This document shows positions 27,620 to 40,500 of a DNA stretch of 64,000 bases, piece after piece; the stretch's first letter is position 1; every line of letters starts with the position of its first letter. The notes beneath the pieces are model-generated. The model was not told the DNA's origin and searched no databases. It saw only the letters and a list, made by a program, of their open reading frames with translations. The stretch spans positions 14,882,001 to 14,946,000 of the forward strand of contig NC_045698.1 in the NCBI RefSeq assembly GCF_009834535.1, in the 5' to 3' direction. The DNA is from Camelus ferus. Lineage: Eukaryota. Both the position numbers and the translations under genes were made by a program.

Positions 27620-28850
27620 CTTGTGTCATTAATTAGAAGTAATTTGTTTCATTTCCAATAATAAGTTTTATGAATTTATGTTTTTGTGTGTGTGCATTTT
27701 TATTATTAATTTCTAATTTTATTGAATGAATTCCAACAACATAGCCTGTATTCTTGTGATGTTTTGAGAATTGTCTTGTAACGAAACACATAGTCAATGT
27801 TTAAATTTTGTATTTTTATCATTATTTCTGATAAATTTATATTTAATTTTTGACTTCTCAGTTTATAAGTTACTCAGAAAGGTGAGCTAAAATCTAACTT
27901 GATACTGTATTTTAATTTTATCACTTTTGGCTCTATAATTTTGAGAACTATATTTTAAGATGTCTATATTTCATCATATTATTGTTCATTTTGACCTTTA
28001 ATTAGCATCACTGCTAAATTACTTCACCTTAAGTTCTTTATTTTGATGTATCTAATTTTTATTGAAATATTTCATATGTATCTTTCTTCATTTCTTCATT
28101 TTCAAACAGACTGTGTTGTTTCATTATATGTTACTATTTATTTAAACTTAGCATATTTACATTTTATTGTCTTTTTCCTTAACATGGCTTTCTGGCTACT
28201 TCTGTCTGGCTTCCTTTTCCTTCTTATCAAATGTTTTGCATCTCTCATTTTTTTATTCTTTTCTCAATACATTTGTTTAATTTGTATCTTCACACTTACT
28301 GAGCAAACTGAGTAAGTAGCTTGACTATTTTGTTCCTGATCACATTAACAGGAAGCATCTCTCATTTTGCTTATTTGTTCCTTCTGGAGCTCTTCCTAAA
28401 TAATAACATTGCTTCTTTTCAAGTTATTTTGCATAATCTTAACTTTTTTATTTATTTATTTTTAATTTTCTTCTTTTTATTGCTTTGACTTCCACTCTGG
28501 ATTATCATCTTAATTCTAGGTTAAATTTTTTCTAATTCCCTCTTCAGCAGATTGTCCCTTTTGTTGACTTAAACCCTGTAATTGCCCCTTTACATAGCCA
28601 TCTCTTAAGTAATTTTTCACTCTAACTTAAAGATGGCATTCTTTTATCACTTTGAGTTTATATATTTGAAATATAAATTGTGACTATTTATTGAATTTAC
28701 TAGTTGCTCATGTAATTGAGTTTCTAATGCTGTTTACAATACTTATCATTTTACTTGCTACTTCTTTTTCTGCAACTTGTTTCCATATTTGATTTCCTGC
28801 CTCTTCATTCCAGCTCTCTGGAAGTTATAGTTGTAAAGTTTTAATTTAGG
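27620..28850 (-). mobile_element. Ancient L1 remnant
   Basis: Strongly T-rich strand with decayed antisense L1 wording. Boundaries are vague. Confidence 0.3.
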
Positions 28851-28864
28851 GAGTTAAGTACTTA

Positions 28865-30030
28865 ACACTCTATCCAGCTAGTGGTCTCTGGATGGTTGGT
28901 TATAGTGGCTAAATGACTTGCACAACACCTTAAAGGATGCTATATCAGACGCTCAGCTCTCATCTCTATTGTAGATCAGATTTTCAGCAGTAGCTAGAAA
29001 ATCCTTTTGAGAGGTAACTCGTTCCATTGTTCCATTGATAGCCTCCATCTCTAACCATTTCATAGCGAAAGCAATGGTATATCTGAGAATAGGGGCTGAT
29101 TGAAATCTACTGGCTGAGTCATCCTATACACTGGGTTGTTTATTATCTCTTCCACAGGTAATGATCTCTGATGGACATTAATATATGATGTAATCAATTC
29201 TTACATGTTTTGCCTATTCCCATTCCAATGCACACATGCTGCTTCTACAGAAAAACTTTTCACCATATTTCCAGAATTTCTACTTCTAGGTACCTGACCA
29301 ACTAACCATGCCCTCTGCTATTGCTCATGAACTCACACAAATTTTTAACTCATTCAACTTATCTTTCCATACAGTGCAAATGAAAAAGTATAACTTACTA
29401 AGATTTGGCTCCTGGAAGGATTTCCCCTCATCACTGCTGGGGAATTGTTTAGTTCTCACTAATTCAGCCACCTATGGTGGTTTGATAATAGTCCCCTCAT
29501 GATGGGAAGTTTTGGCTCTGTGGTTTCTTGATGCTTCCTGGCTTGCCACTCAGGCTTTCACCAGGGTCCAGTAGCATTCCAGTAGCTATGTTATGAACGA
29601 CGTTGACTCCTGAGTTATAAATAGAATGCTCTTAATCCTAAACAATGAAAATATGCACTGCCTCTTTCTTATTGGGTTTACCAGAGATCCACCTATTATG
29701 TTTATGATGATACCTTTAGAACCATAGGATCTGTTAGATCATATGTTCTAAGCAGCTGGACTGCTTATATTGCAAGCCAGATATGAGCTCTTTGTTGTTT
29801 GGCGACAAGGCTTTAAAACTGGAATCTTTATGTGTCACATGGTAAATTGGTTGGAACAGTATTGTTAAGCATGAAACATGATGCTTCCAAAACCTGAAGA
29901 GTCTTACCAAGAATTGTTCATCTTTGTTAGCTGTAGAAGCTCCAAAATGCAAATATTTACCCTTTATTTTGAAGGGGATGCTCTGGCATGCCATAGAAAA
30001 ATGGTTTCCTAAATTCTTTATCTCAGAAAT
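28865..30030 (-). pseudogene. Decayed ERVL (class III ERV) pol: RT thumb/connection, RNase H, integrase N-terminus
   Basis: Track ORF 29734-30147 (ACQSIPFKIKGKYLHFGASTANKDEQFLVRLFRFWKHHVSCLTILFQPIYHVTHK) aligns by eye with ERVL pol (ACRDIPSKVKDKLLHLAPPTTKKEAQRLVGLFGFWRQHIPHLGVLLRPIYRVTRK). Further on are LLECYWTLV, LPIM, DEGKS and SWSGT motifs with stops and frameshifts. Confidence 0.8.
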
Positions 30031-30585
30031 TCCAACAGAAACAGGCGTTCCCATACATGCAACCCCAGGACAAACAAGCGTTGCTGTCAAGACCCGGGCC
30101 AAGAAAGTGCTGTTATCACTGACAGAACGACTACAGGCACAGAGCACCCATGCTCAGGAAGACTAGACTAGCAGACTTGGCTCAGCCTTCTTAACTGTAG
30201 TCATCTGTTAAAGTTTATCTGCTGTTGGAATGCCACCTTCTCCGTTTTTCCACCTTGTGAATTTCACACAAGGAAATCGGGAAGACAAAGTCTGAATCAT
30301 GCCCAGCCCTCTGGCTCTGGGGAAGTCTATAAAATGTAGATTTAACCTCCCATTCTCAGTGGCACAAGAGTGATCTTAGGAAGGAGTGGAAACAGATGCT
30401 GAGTGTGAAAAGACAGCATCTTAAACAAATAAAGTACATGCTGAGTACATGTAAAATGTTGAAAATACATGCCATTTTAAATGAGAAATTCAAACACTGG
30501 ACTCTGTTATACACAGGAGGATGCACTGATCATTAGGTATTTAAACCTGACAAAATCATTAGGTGACTTCTTGGCAAACATCTCC

Positions 30586-30993
30586 TGTACTAGCTTCCTA
30601 GGGCTGCTACTGCAAAACACCACAGCGAGGAGTCTTAAACAGCACACACATGTATTTGTTTTTCTTCATCTTTCTGGAGGCTGGAAATCCAAGATCAAAG
30701 TGTTGGCGGGCTTGGTTTCTTCTGAGGTCTCTCTCCTTGTCTTGCAGACAGGCCACCTTCTCAGTGCTCTCACATCATCTTTTCTGTGTGTGTATCCTTC
30801 ATGTTGCTGTGTGTGTCCTAATGTTCTCTTTTTACAAGGACAACAGTCATAACAGATTAGAGCTCACCCAAGTGTCCTCATTTTAAATAAATCACCTCTT
30901 TCAAGGTCCTATCTCCAAAAACAGTCAAATTCTGAGGTACTGGAGGTTAAGTTTTCAACCCATGACTTCGAGAGGGGGAATTTAGCCCATAAA
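30586..30993 (-). mobile_element. MaLR LTR (MLT1A/B/C-like)
   Basis: tgtactagcttcctagggctgc...tctggaggctggaaatccaagatcaaagtgttggc...tctgaggtactggaggtta. Confidence 0.8.
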
Positions 30994-32134
30994 CCACCTT
31001 CCACATTTTTTTTTTTAACCTCACAAGTTGAGTCAACTGGAATAGGAACCTTTGTTTTTTCATAATCATTATGAAATTAATTAAAAGTCATTTGCATGTA
31101 CTTTATTACAACTTTCAGTGTATGTTTTACCCTAAAATGTTTAAGTTTATGTATATACAAAATGCTCACCCACACTGACAGAATATCTAGACTGAGTTAT
31201 TTACACACTGCGTTGAAAACATTCAGAAGTGAAGTCCTTTTTTACATTTTACAATGTTTGCATCATTACCGATTTATTAATTATGGCCATAACAATTTCA
31301 CTCTGAGAAATCAGTTCAGTTTCTAAGGTTATAAGAAACAGAAATGGATCTTTTTTTCATGTGGTTCAAGCTAATTTGTTTCCTTTAGAGACAGAACCAT
31401 GAAATAGGTGCTTCTGTGATTTATGAAAGAATGAGACTCACAATTATAATGATGACATGTCAAAATTATGTTAATCTACATTGAATAGTGAAAGCACCAT
31501 AATCATAGCACAATCAAGTTAGTAGAGCAGTGTTCTTAAACTCTAACTAGGCTTTGAATAAAATTGTTTTAATTATGCTAATTTAAAAGTTTTTTAAATG
31601 CTCCCATTGCTCATTATCTTTCAGCAAATTGTGATTATTTTGTGGTGCTGACAACTACACTCTGGAATAGAGGGTCACTGGCATTTTCATAAATTATTTA
31701 AGTGTAAAAATTGCTGTATATTGGTCCATAGGAGTCACTTTTATCACAGATAGTGTTCAAGGTGTGAAGATACAGTGACAGATCATTTCTAGGTAGAATC
31801 ATGATGAGAAGTTTGGTCCAATTACTGCATGAAATTCTAGTAATAAAATGATTTTTTTGCTTAAATTGGCAACTAAGACAGAAAGGTCAGTTCTGGCATA
31901 TGTTTGAGTATAAAAGTGAGCTTATTAATTTGGCTCATTATACACAAATATAACAAATAGGTCATTTCTGATACAGTTACTGCTTTTTATCCAAGATAAA
32001 ATAATTTACTAAATTCAGAAAAAGTGACACAAGATTACATAAAGCTGTTATTTCCAAGTAAATTTGAGTATATGTCAAATGAATAATTATTTTCAGGTAT
32101 ATTTCAGGAATTAAACCATATATATGATTAAAAA

Positions 32135-32820
32135 TAATTAATATACCATATAATTTATTAATTAAAATATATAATTCAACTGTTTTTAGTATATTCACAA
32201 AGTTGTACAATCATTACCATAATCAATTTTAGAATATTTTTATTAAAACACAAGGAAACTCCCCACCAATTAGCAGTCACCTTCCACCCCAACCCAAGTC
32301 CTAGGCAACCACAAATCTACTTTCCATCTCTGTATACTTGTCAATGTGGACATTTCACACAAATGACATCATACAATACTTGGCCTTTGGTAAGTGACTC
32401 CTTTCACTTAGCACGTTTTCCATGTTCATCTGTATCTTGCATGTATCAGTACTCCATTCCTTTAAATTAACACATAATGCCACATTGTATGGAGATACTA
32501 TATTTTATTTATCCATTCATCAGTTGATAGATATTTGATTTGTTTCCATTGTTTGGCTATTATGAGTAATGCTTCTATAAACTTTGTATACATGTTTTTA
32601 TTTCTTTGGTATATATCTAGGAGAGGCATTGTGAAGTCATATAACAATTCTATGTTTGTCCTTCTGAGAGACTGCCAGACTTTTCCAAAGTGATTTTACC
32701 ACTTTACATTTCCACCAATCAAATATGGGGATTCTAGTTTCTCACATTCTCAATAACACATGTTGTTATCTGTCTTTTTGATTATATCCATCCTAGAAGG
32801 TATGAAATGATATGACATTA
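32135..32820 (-). mobile_element. L1MB-like 3' end
   Basis: ttttagtatattcacaaagttgtacaatcattacc...ctaggcaaccacaaatctactttc...ttatccattcatcagttgat. Confidence 0.75.
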
Positions 32821-33119
32821 CTGTACAATTGGCTTGTATTCATATATCAATTAGTAACAAATGCCCTCAAGTATCACTAATGATCACTTAAATTGTGCTG
32901 GATGAGCCATTACATGCGCTGGTCTTCCCAATTTCTAACAACTGCAACCAGTGATTTAAATAATTGACAGAGATATCAATAAAAGATGAAAGAGTATAAC
33001 AACAAGGAAAGAGCAAAATAATAATGTTCCATTTACTGGATATATTATATTTTATTTATCCATTCATTGGTTGATGAACAATTTAGATGGAAAAAAATAG
33101 GAAAAAGAAGATATACTAG

Positions 33120-34010
33120 CATGAGGAAAGAGTTAATTTTGATTTTAAAGAATATCAACTTATTTTAATGTTCCAGAAAAACAATTTTCAATCTAGAATC
33201 CTTTACTCAGGCAACTGATCAAACAAATTGTAGAACAAAACAAAAAGACATTTTAGGCATAGCTATTTCAACAAACAAAAACAAAACAAAATAAAAACAA
33301 ACCACAAACAACAACACAAAACTATCTCACATACTCTTTCTTGGGAAGCTAAGCTAATTTAAATGAAGGAATAAAGAGTGGAGGAAGAACACAGAGCAGC
33401 ATCTTCAAAGAAAGATGCTCACCAGATCAGGGAAAGTAAGAGAATGCCCAGGATGCTGGGACACGTACATCCATCCTGGCAACTCAATCTTAGGCCCGTA
33501 GGGCAAGAAGAGATTGTAACATCAAACTGTTTTCTCCAGAAAACAAACTGAAATCACAGGTTGTATACATGTTTGTGTGGAAATTTGACTGAGAGGTTGA
33601 AGAAGGTGTAGAGAGAATTCATGGAAATACAGCAAAACTATTATCGGTAAGGATATACACAAAAATATAAAAATAACAAGTTGTACATGAAAGGCAATTT
33701 AACAATAGTACACTGAGGAGCTCATAAGTATAAACATATAGTCCTAAAATCAAAATAAGTCCTACATATTGATTTAAATCAGTAGTGATTTAACAACTGA
33801 AGATGTAAGGAGAAGGAGAAGGGTATGACATGATAAGAGAAATAAATTGTCACCTCTTACAGTAGGAGATTAATAGGTTTTTAAAATGAAAAAAATATTG
33901 CAGTATAAGCATATAGTTTAAAATTATAGTTGGGTATGTGAGAAACAGCAAAAAAGAATTGTCAGTACTTATTTCTATGGAGGTAAATTAGGAGTGAGAA
34001 TGAATTGATC
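33120..34010 (+). mobile_element. Ancient HAL1 (half-L1) remnant
   Basis: The ORF1 C-terminal signature (caattttcaatctagaatcctttac...aaagacatttt) is followed by catactctttcttgggaagcta...aatgaaggaataaa...gaggaagaacac...cccaggatg. This is as I recall the eutherian HAL1 consensus. No ORF2 follows. Confidence 0.5.
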
Positions 34011-34825
34011 CTTGGATTCCCCTTCCTTGAGTATTTTTTTATTTCAATATTCATTTATTAATACATATTCATGTAAGAGGCAATTCAATATAATAATATC
34101 TTCATTAATGGAAGCAAAATCAATTGGAAGATAAAACACTGCACTACAATGCCTAGAGATTTCTTTTTTCCAATTGGGAGAGTGTACTTCAGAAGTCTTT
34201 CCTGTTTCTTGGTTTTCTAAAATATATATATATATATATATATGTATGTATAATTTATTGAACATTGAAGATAATTCACAGCTGGAACCTTTGCTTTAAC
34301 TATTTGTTATTTACTTACTTATTTACTTACTTGCTTTCAGGCTTACTATTACTTAGTCTATGGCTAGCACCAAATCACAAGAATCTTACATTAATTTGTC
34401 TTGATATCCAGTGTTCCAATGTTTCTTTCATGCCTCGGCCAGAGAAATCTGTGTTGCTTTCTTGCAAATCTTTCTAACCAAGGTATCTAACCAGAAAGGG
34501 TTCAAGCTCTTCCTTTGCTTCTTCCTTTCTGATTCAAGTTTTCATCCTTGGTTTCCCTTATTGTTAAGACCAGTTTGCTGCTAGTTTCTGCATAAAGACT
34601 TTCTGTGTAGAAAAAAATCTCCTTAGAAAAAGTCAACATCATCATATATTCTCTCCTTTGTTTACTGTCAGTCTCTTGTCACCATAACATAGTATCTTAT
34701 TATTAAAATTATCTGTATCACTTAGCTGAGTGTTACATATATAATAGGTAATAAATATAAATATGAAATTTTACTAAGCTATTGAAGCAATTCTTATTGA
34801 AGTATGAATCAAGAATGCTTCTGTG

Positions 34826-36168
34826 GAGAGAGAAGCAAGATGGCAGAGTAGAAGGACGCTTGTAGCTCACCCTCTCCCACAAATACACCAAAACTCACAT
34901 CTACAGACCCACTCAGCCAACCAGAGCACCTGCCGAACTCCAACAGATCATTGCCCTCTTTGAAAGACAAAGACACCAAAAATCTGGTAGGAAAAAAGAA
35001 AGAAGAAAAAGCAAAACAGTGTGGGACTGATCCTGTGGGGAAGGGAGCGGCAAAGAAGGACTGGCGCTCGTTCGCTGGGTCTCCCCTCTCCAACGGAGAG
35101 GCCAGCGGGATGGAGAGGAAGCCTCCGAGGCTCATATCTGCCCCGAGCACCCCTTGACCGACAGAACTGGGTTAAACAGGCACAAAGGATCCCCGTGACA
35201 CCCAGCCTAAGACGCAATCCGGCTGGTGAGGCCAGGACAGGCCGCCCGAGCCAGGCAGAGGACGGGGGCGGCTGCACTGAGGTGGCCCTGGGGGATTGCA
35301 GGGGGCTTTGCGCTGTGGCTGGGAGGGGATACGGAACAGAACAACCTCGGTCCCCCATAAATTGCGAAAAAAGCAAAATAACATGGCTGGTGTGCCTTGG
35401 GGGGAGGGGCATCATAGCCTTTGTCTTCTCAGACCTGCGCCACCATTACTGGCGCTTCTCAAGAGACGAGAGGCAGGGCTCAGCCACAGCCGCCATATTC
35501 TCCTGTGCGCAGCACCCGGGCGGGGGTGGGGCCAAGACCTGAATCCGCACCAGGGGCTGTGTAACCTCCTAGGCAGGACTGAGACTTGTTTACAGCTGGA
35601 GGCAGATAGGATCTTTCTGCCCTGGCACCTCAGAGAACTCGCCCCGCCAAGACAAACATGGAGCTACGATTTGGCACGGCGCAGAGGCAGGGCTGTTCTG
35701 CAGTCTTCCCCGAGCCTGCCTTTGGAACACTGACCCAAGGCGGAGCGGGCAGCTGCACAGAGTAGTGGAGCGATGGCGCTGGGAAAGGGTGGGCGGCAAC
35801 TCCCCTTCCTGGCAGGAATGCAGCACCTGACCACGGTGCTGGGAGGGGGCGCGATCTGCCCACCTGTCTCCCCCCCCAGCGCAGCATCTGACTGCGTCAC
35901 TGGGAGGGGGAGTGACCCACCCACCCACCGGGAAAGAGCTCAGCACCTGACCCAGTGTTGGGATGGGGCACGATGTGCTAGCTGACAGCCACTGAGAGTA
36001 GCACAGACGAGGTTGCCAACAGAGGGCCTCTGGAAACAGCAAGCTGAGTTTGGGAAACAGGGAAAAGACACAAAGACCTCTCAATAAAATCACTAAGAGC
36101 ACAGCATCTCCAAGAGCACTAGATAACTCATATTCCTTAAGCCACAGTGCCAGAGAGTTACGAGCAAT
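34826..36168 (+). promoter_or_regulatory. L1 5'UTR internal promoter (GC/CpG-rich)
   Basis: YY1-type motif CAAGATGGC about 10 bp from the 5' end. The only clearly CpG-rich block in the window. Confidence 0.75.
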
Positions 36169-37058
36169 ATGAAGAAGCAGAGGAACCACTCCCAATTAAA
36201 AGATCAAGAGAAATCCCCTGAAAGCACAATCAAGGAAATAGACATTGATGGCCTACTAGATCAAGATTTCAAAAAAGGAGTGATCAAAGTACTGAAGGAA
36301 CTAAAAGAAATAGTGTTTAGAGATATAAAATATGTCAAAAATGAAATAGAAGCTATAAAGAAGAACCAAGTAGAATTAGTAAACTCATTTGCTGAGATGA
36401 GAGCTGACCTAAAGGCTGTATAAAGCAGGCTAAATAATGCAGAGGAATGAATAAGTGACCTAGAAGACAGGACAACAGAAAGCACCCAATCTGAACAGCT
36501 GAGAGAAAAACATAAAAAACAATGAAAACAATATAAGGGACCTATGGAATAATATAAAGCCTGCCAATCTACGCATTATAGGGGTTCCAGAAGGGGAAGA
36601 AAGAACAAAGGGGATTGAAAAGATATTTGAAGAAATCATGACTGAAAACTGCCCAAACCTAAAGGAATCAGATATCCAAGTTCAGGAGGCTCAGAGAGTC
36701 CCAAACAGGAAGAACCCAAACAGACCCACACCAAGACATATTGTAATCAAGATGACCAGAGTCAAGGATAAAGAAATGGTAATAAAGGCAGCAAGAGAAA
36801 AACAAAGAGTGAGTTACAAGGGAACCCCCACAGGGCTCTCAGCTGATTTCTCTACACAAACACTACAGGCCAGAAGGGAGTGGCAAGATATATTCAAAGT
36901 CCTGAATGAAAAAAAAGATGCAGCCTAGGATACTCTATCCAGCAAGGCTATCCTTTAAAATAGAAGGAGAGATAAAGAACTTCACAGACAAGCAAAAACT
37001 TAAAGAGCTTAGCAACACTAAACCCATGCTAAAAGAAGTATTGACAGGTCTACTCTAA
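36169..37058 (+). pseudogene. L1 ORF1p (coiled coil-RRM-CTD), disrupted
   Basis: MKKQRNHSQLK...RIIGVPEGEE...PRHIVIK...AAREK...LSADFS...QARREW...YPARLSF...GLL*. In-frame stops at 36421 (TAA) and ~36448 (TGA); frameshifts near 36511 and 36915. Confidence 0.92.
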
Positions 37059-37199
37059 ATAGAAAAGAAGCAGGATGCTACAAAAATGAGAAACTCATAA
37101 CTGGAAAGAAGATAACTGCCATGAATTACAAAAAGAATAAACACAAAATTATAAAAGAAGACATCTAAATCATTAAGAGTGGGAGAGGGAAGCAAGGAA

Positions 37200-37575
37200 A
37201 GCCATTGTGGAAAACAGTATGGAGATTCCTCAAAAGACTAGGAATAGACTTACCATATGACCCAGGAATCCCACTCCTGGGCATAAATCCAGAAGGAACC
37301 CTACTTCAAAATGACACCTGCACCCCAATGTTCATAGCAGCACTATTTACAATAGCCAAGACATGGAAACAGTTTAAATGTCCATCAACAGATGACTGAG
37401 TAAAGAAGAAGTGGTATATTTATACGATGGAATACTACTCAGCCATAAAAACTGACAACAACGTCATTTGCAGCAACATGGATGTTCCTGGAGAATGTCA
37501 TTCTAAGTGAAGTAAGCCAGAAAGAGAAAGAAAAATGCCATATGAGCCATATGAGATCGCTCATATGAGGAATTT
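37200..37575 (+). pseudogene. L1 ORF2 extreme C-terminal stub
   Basis: [30 protein letters not shown]...CTPMFIAALFTIAKTWKQ...YTMEYYSA. No EN or RT sequence upstream. Confidence 0.9.
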
Positions 37576-40500
37576 AAAACAAAACAAAAGAAAACATAAA
37601 TACAAAGCAGAAACAGACTCATAGACATAGAATACAAACTTGTGGTTGCCAAGGGGGCGGGGGTGGGAAGGGACAGACTGGGATTTTTACAATGCAGAAT
37701 AGATAAACAAGATTATACTGTATAGCACAGGGAAATATAAACAAGATCTTGTGGTAGCTCATAGTGAAAAAAAATGACAATGAATATATATATGTTCATA
37801 TATAACTGAAAAATTGTGCTCTGCACTAGAATTTGACACAACATTGTAAAATGACTATTACTCAATAAAAAAAAATGTGAAAAAAAAGAATGCTTCTATG
37901 AATTGTATTCAAAGGTAATTTTCCAAATCCTAATTATATGATTCTAATAATATTCTAATAATATTCTTCTTATAATAATATTATTATTTGCTTTTTTAAT
38001 CATAGAAGAACATATAGTTATTCAAAATATCTTGATATCATGTTTTTCTACAGCTCAATGAATCATATCATTAACTTTTTTTGGATATATGCTTAGTTAA
38101 TTATCTGCAAACACATTCACATAAAGAAGTTAAAGAAACTCACAGAATATTAGGCATAAGACAATTTTTTAAAGTTTAATTTCAGAATATACATTTGTTT
38201 TATTTAAATTATGACTTACTTTTGTTGACTTAATTTCTTTGTGTGCTCATGACGAGACAATAGAGCTATCAATGCATGACTTTTTAGTGGTATTCGTATA
38301 AAAACAGGGAGGAAAGTAATATAGACTTCTGGTTTGAAACTTCAGGATCCACATTTTATCCAGAGGCAATGTAAATAAATTTAATTTCAACATAACAGAT
38401 TTTATGCAAATGGAGAAAAATGTTGAACTGAAAAAACCCCAAATCTGGTCACAATGAGATATCTTTACAAGTACCACTGGAAACTTAGAGATAGGTAGAG
38501 AGGCAGGTAGAACATGAATATTAACTATATAATTGTTTATTAGAACCTTCCTAACTCTTTCCTGGTGGTACTTGAATGAGAGTATTGTTTTTATAAATAT
38601 TTAATGCCTTCTTGTGACTTTTAAGAGCCTCTGCCAGGACTTGAAAGACAATATCTTTGTTCTTTTTATTGACGGTTCTAGTTAGAGGTGAAGACTTGCC
38701 TCCATGGCCTGTAGCTATGGCTGAACTTAATTTTACACAATACTTGCTCTTTGGAAGTAATACTGTTATTTTCAAGACTACAGTTCAGATAATTACTTTC
38801 CCACTGGTTCACTGCTATTTTTTCATTTAGAGATAAATCCTTGAAAAGCCCCTAGACTTAGATGACAGCAAAGATGTCTTTGAGTCCTAATGCTTCAAGA
38901 TCCTTAAGAACCATCCAAGAACCATGGACAATACTTTAACTGATAATTATAATTTAAAGGATAATATTAATGGTGACAGTGAAGCACTCAGTCCTGGCAA
39001 ACACAGTGAGGCTGCATGGCAAGTTTGCTAATATTCTGCAACTGCTGTTTTCAGACTAGTTTTATGAGACTCCCAGAGCTGCACTAAAGAGAAGCTAAGG
39101 GGAATACGAGTCTGCCTGGCTGCAGATACCAACCTTCAGTTCAACAGTAGAAGTGTTAGAACGGTGTGATTTTACAAGTTGGAAAACACACAGCTAATTT
39201 TCTTTTATAATAAATTTGGATGAACTGAATTTAATTCTTTCTAGTGTTGTCCTCAATGTCTGGTTTGAAAACAAAATGAAACTTATTAACTGCTTGGCTT
39301 TAATGAAATTCTCTGAATCAGTCTGTCTCCACTATGATAGATAGTGAAAACCATGTCCCTTGTGTCATAAACAGACGTTTAGGCAGCAGAGAAACTTGAA
39401 GACTAACATATCTCAACACTTTCCAATTTATTACAATGAGTAAAACTGCAAGCTATTTTAGTTTTGGCCATCTTCATTACAAATGAAATTCCGTACTTTG
39501 TGGGGTTTTTTTTTTTTTTTTTTGTAAATTATATATTAGTATTAACTTTCTTATGTATATTTGATCTTGGAGCTTTTTACATGGAAACAATTTTTAAAGC
39601 TTACTATACTTCTCTTTTTGATAACCACTTTATCATACCTTGCCAGTGGGAACCATATGTATTTAAAAGCTTCTAAAATACTATTTTGTATACAAAGTGT
39701 AAGAGATATCTTGGGTTTTCTGCATCCTGATTCATGAAAGCAGCACTCTCAAAGGAGGTTTAGATATAATTAATGGAAACTAGTGTTACTGATGAATATG
39801 GGGGTACCAGAATGCGTGTATTATCATTGCACAGTACAGGTACCAGGTAGGCTAGCCCAGTCTGTAGGACACTGAGTTATTTGCAGAGCCAAAAATACTG
39901 TATTTTTAATGGAATGAGTTCACTTCATAATTTTCTTTTAAATTTAATTATATAAAATGTTTTACTTTTATTTTAATGTAAATTGATACATGATTTTTCT
40001 GTAATATGTTTACTAAAACTTTCACATCCTCAGTCTCTTGTAATTGTTACTCTTCTTTTTCTAATCCTTATACAACTCACTGATTACAATTCTGTGGTCA
40101 TTTTATTGACCTTAAAGTTTTTCAATAAAATGCTTGCCTACTCTCTAATTATTATCTAAATCAATTTATCTTCATAATTATACATTTCTTATTTCAAATA
40201 ATGAAATTAAGTAAAGATTTACATAACAGAAAATGATGTTAAAGTTAATATAGTTCTTATTCCTTCTGACAAATTGATTTTATCCATTCATTTCCCCTTT
40301 TAATGCAGTTTTTCTCATTTTTATGTCATTATAATGTAAGTAATTTGCATTAAATCTGCCTAGAAAATAATATATTTCATAACATAATTACTCAATTCAA
40401 ACAAGAAATCAGATACATAAGAAGAAATTAAATATTGCTCATGATTTGATTTTAAAAAATAATTGCAGAGACTGAATCTTTCCAGCTATCACTAATCAGG

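Larger units (their letters stand above)
34826..37885 (+). mobile_element. Young L1 with intact 5' end and ORF1 but ORF2 almost entirely deleted (~3.06 kb, HAL1-like architecture)
   Basis: 15-bp TSD AAGAATGCTTCT(G/A)TG at 34811-34825 and 37886-37900. Canonical L1 start GAGAGAGAAGCAAGATGGC. ORF1, then spacer, then only the ORF2 tail, 3'UTR, AATAAA and A-tail. Confidence 0.92.

Noticed and set aside
34809..36195. Cluster of long overlapping ORFs, including a 201-aa antisense ORF (ORF0-like?)
   Set aside because: These are expected in a GC-rich L1 5'UTR. The 201-aa frame starts at TTG and shows no recognisable homology.
38551..38775. 74-aa protein-like ORF
   Set aside because: No recognisable homology, splice signals or retrocopy hallmarks.
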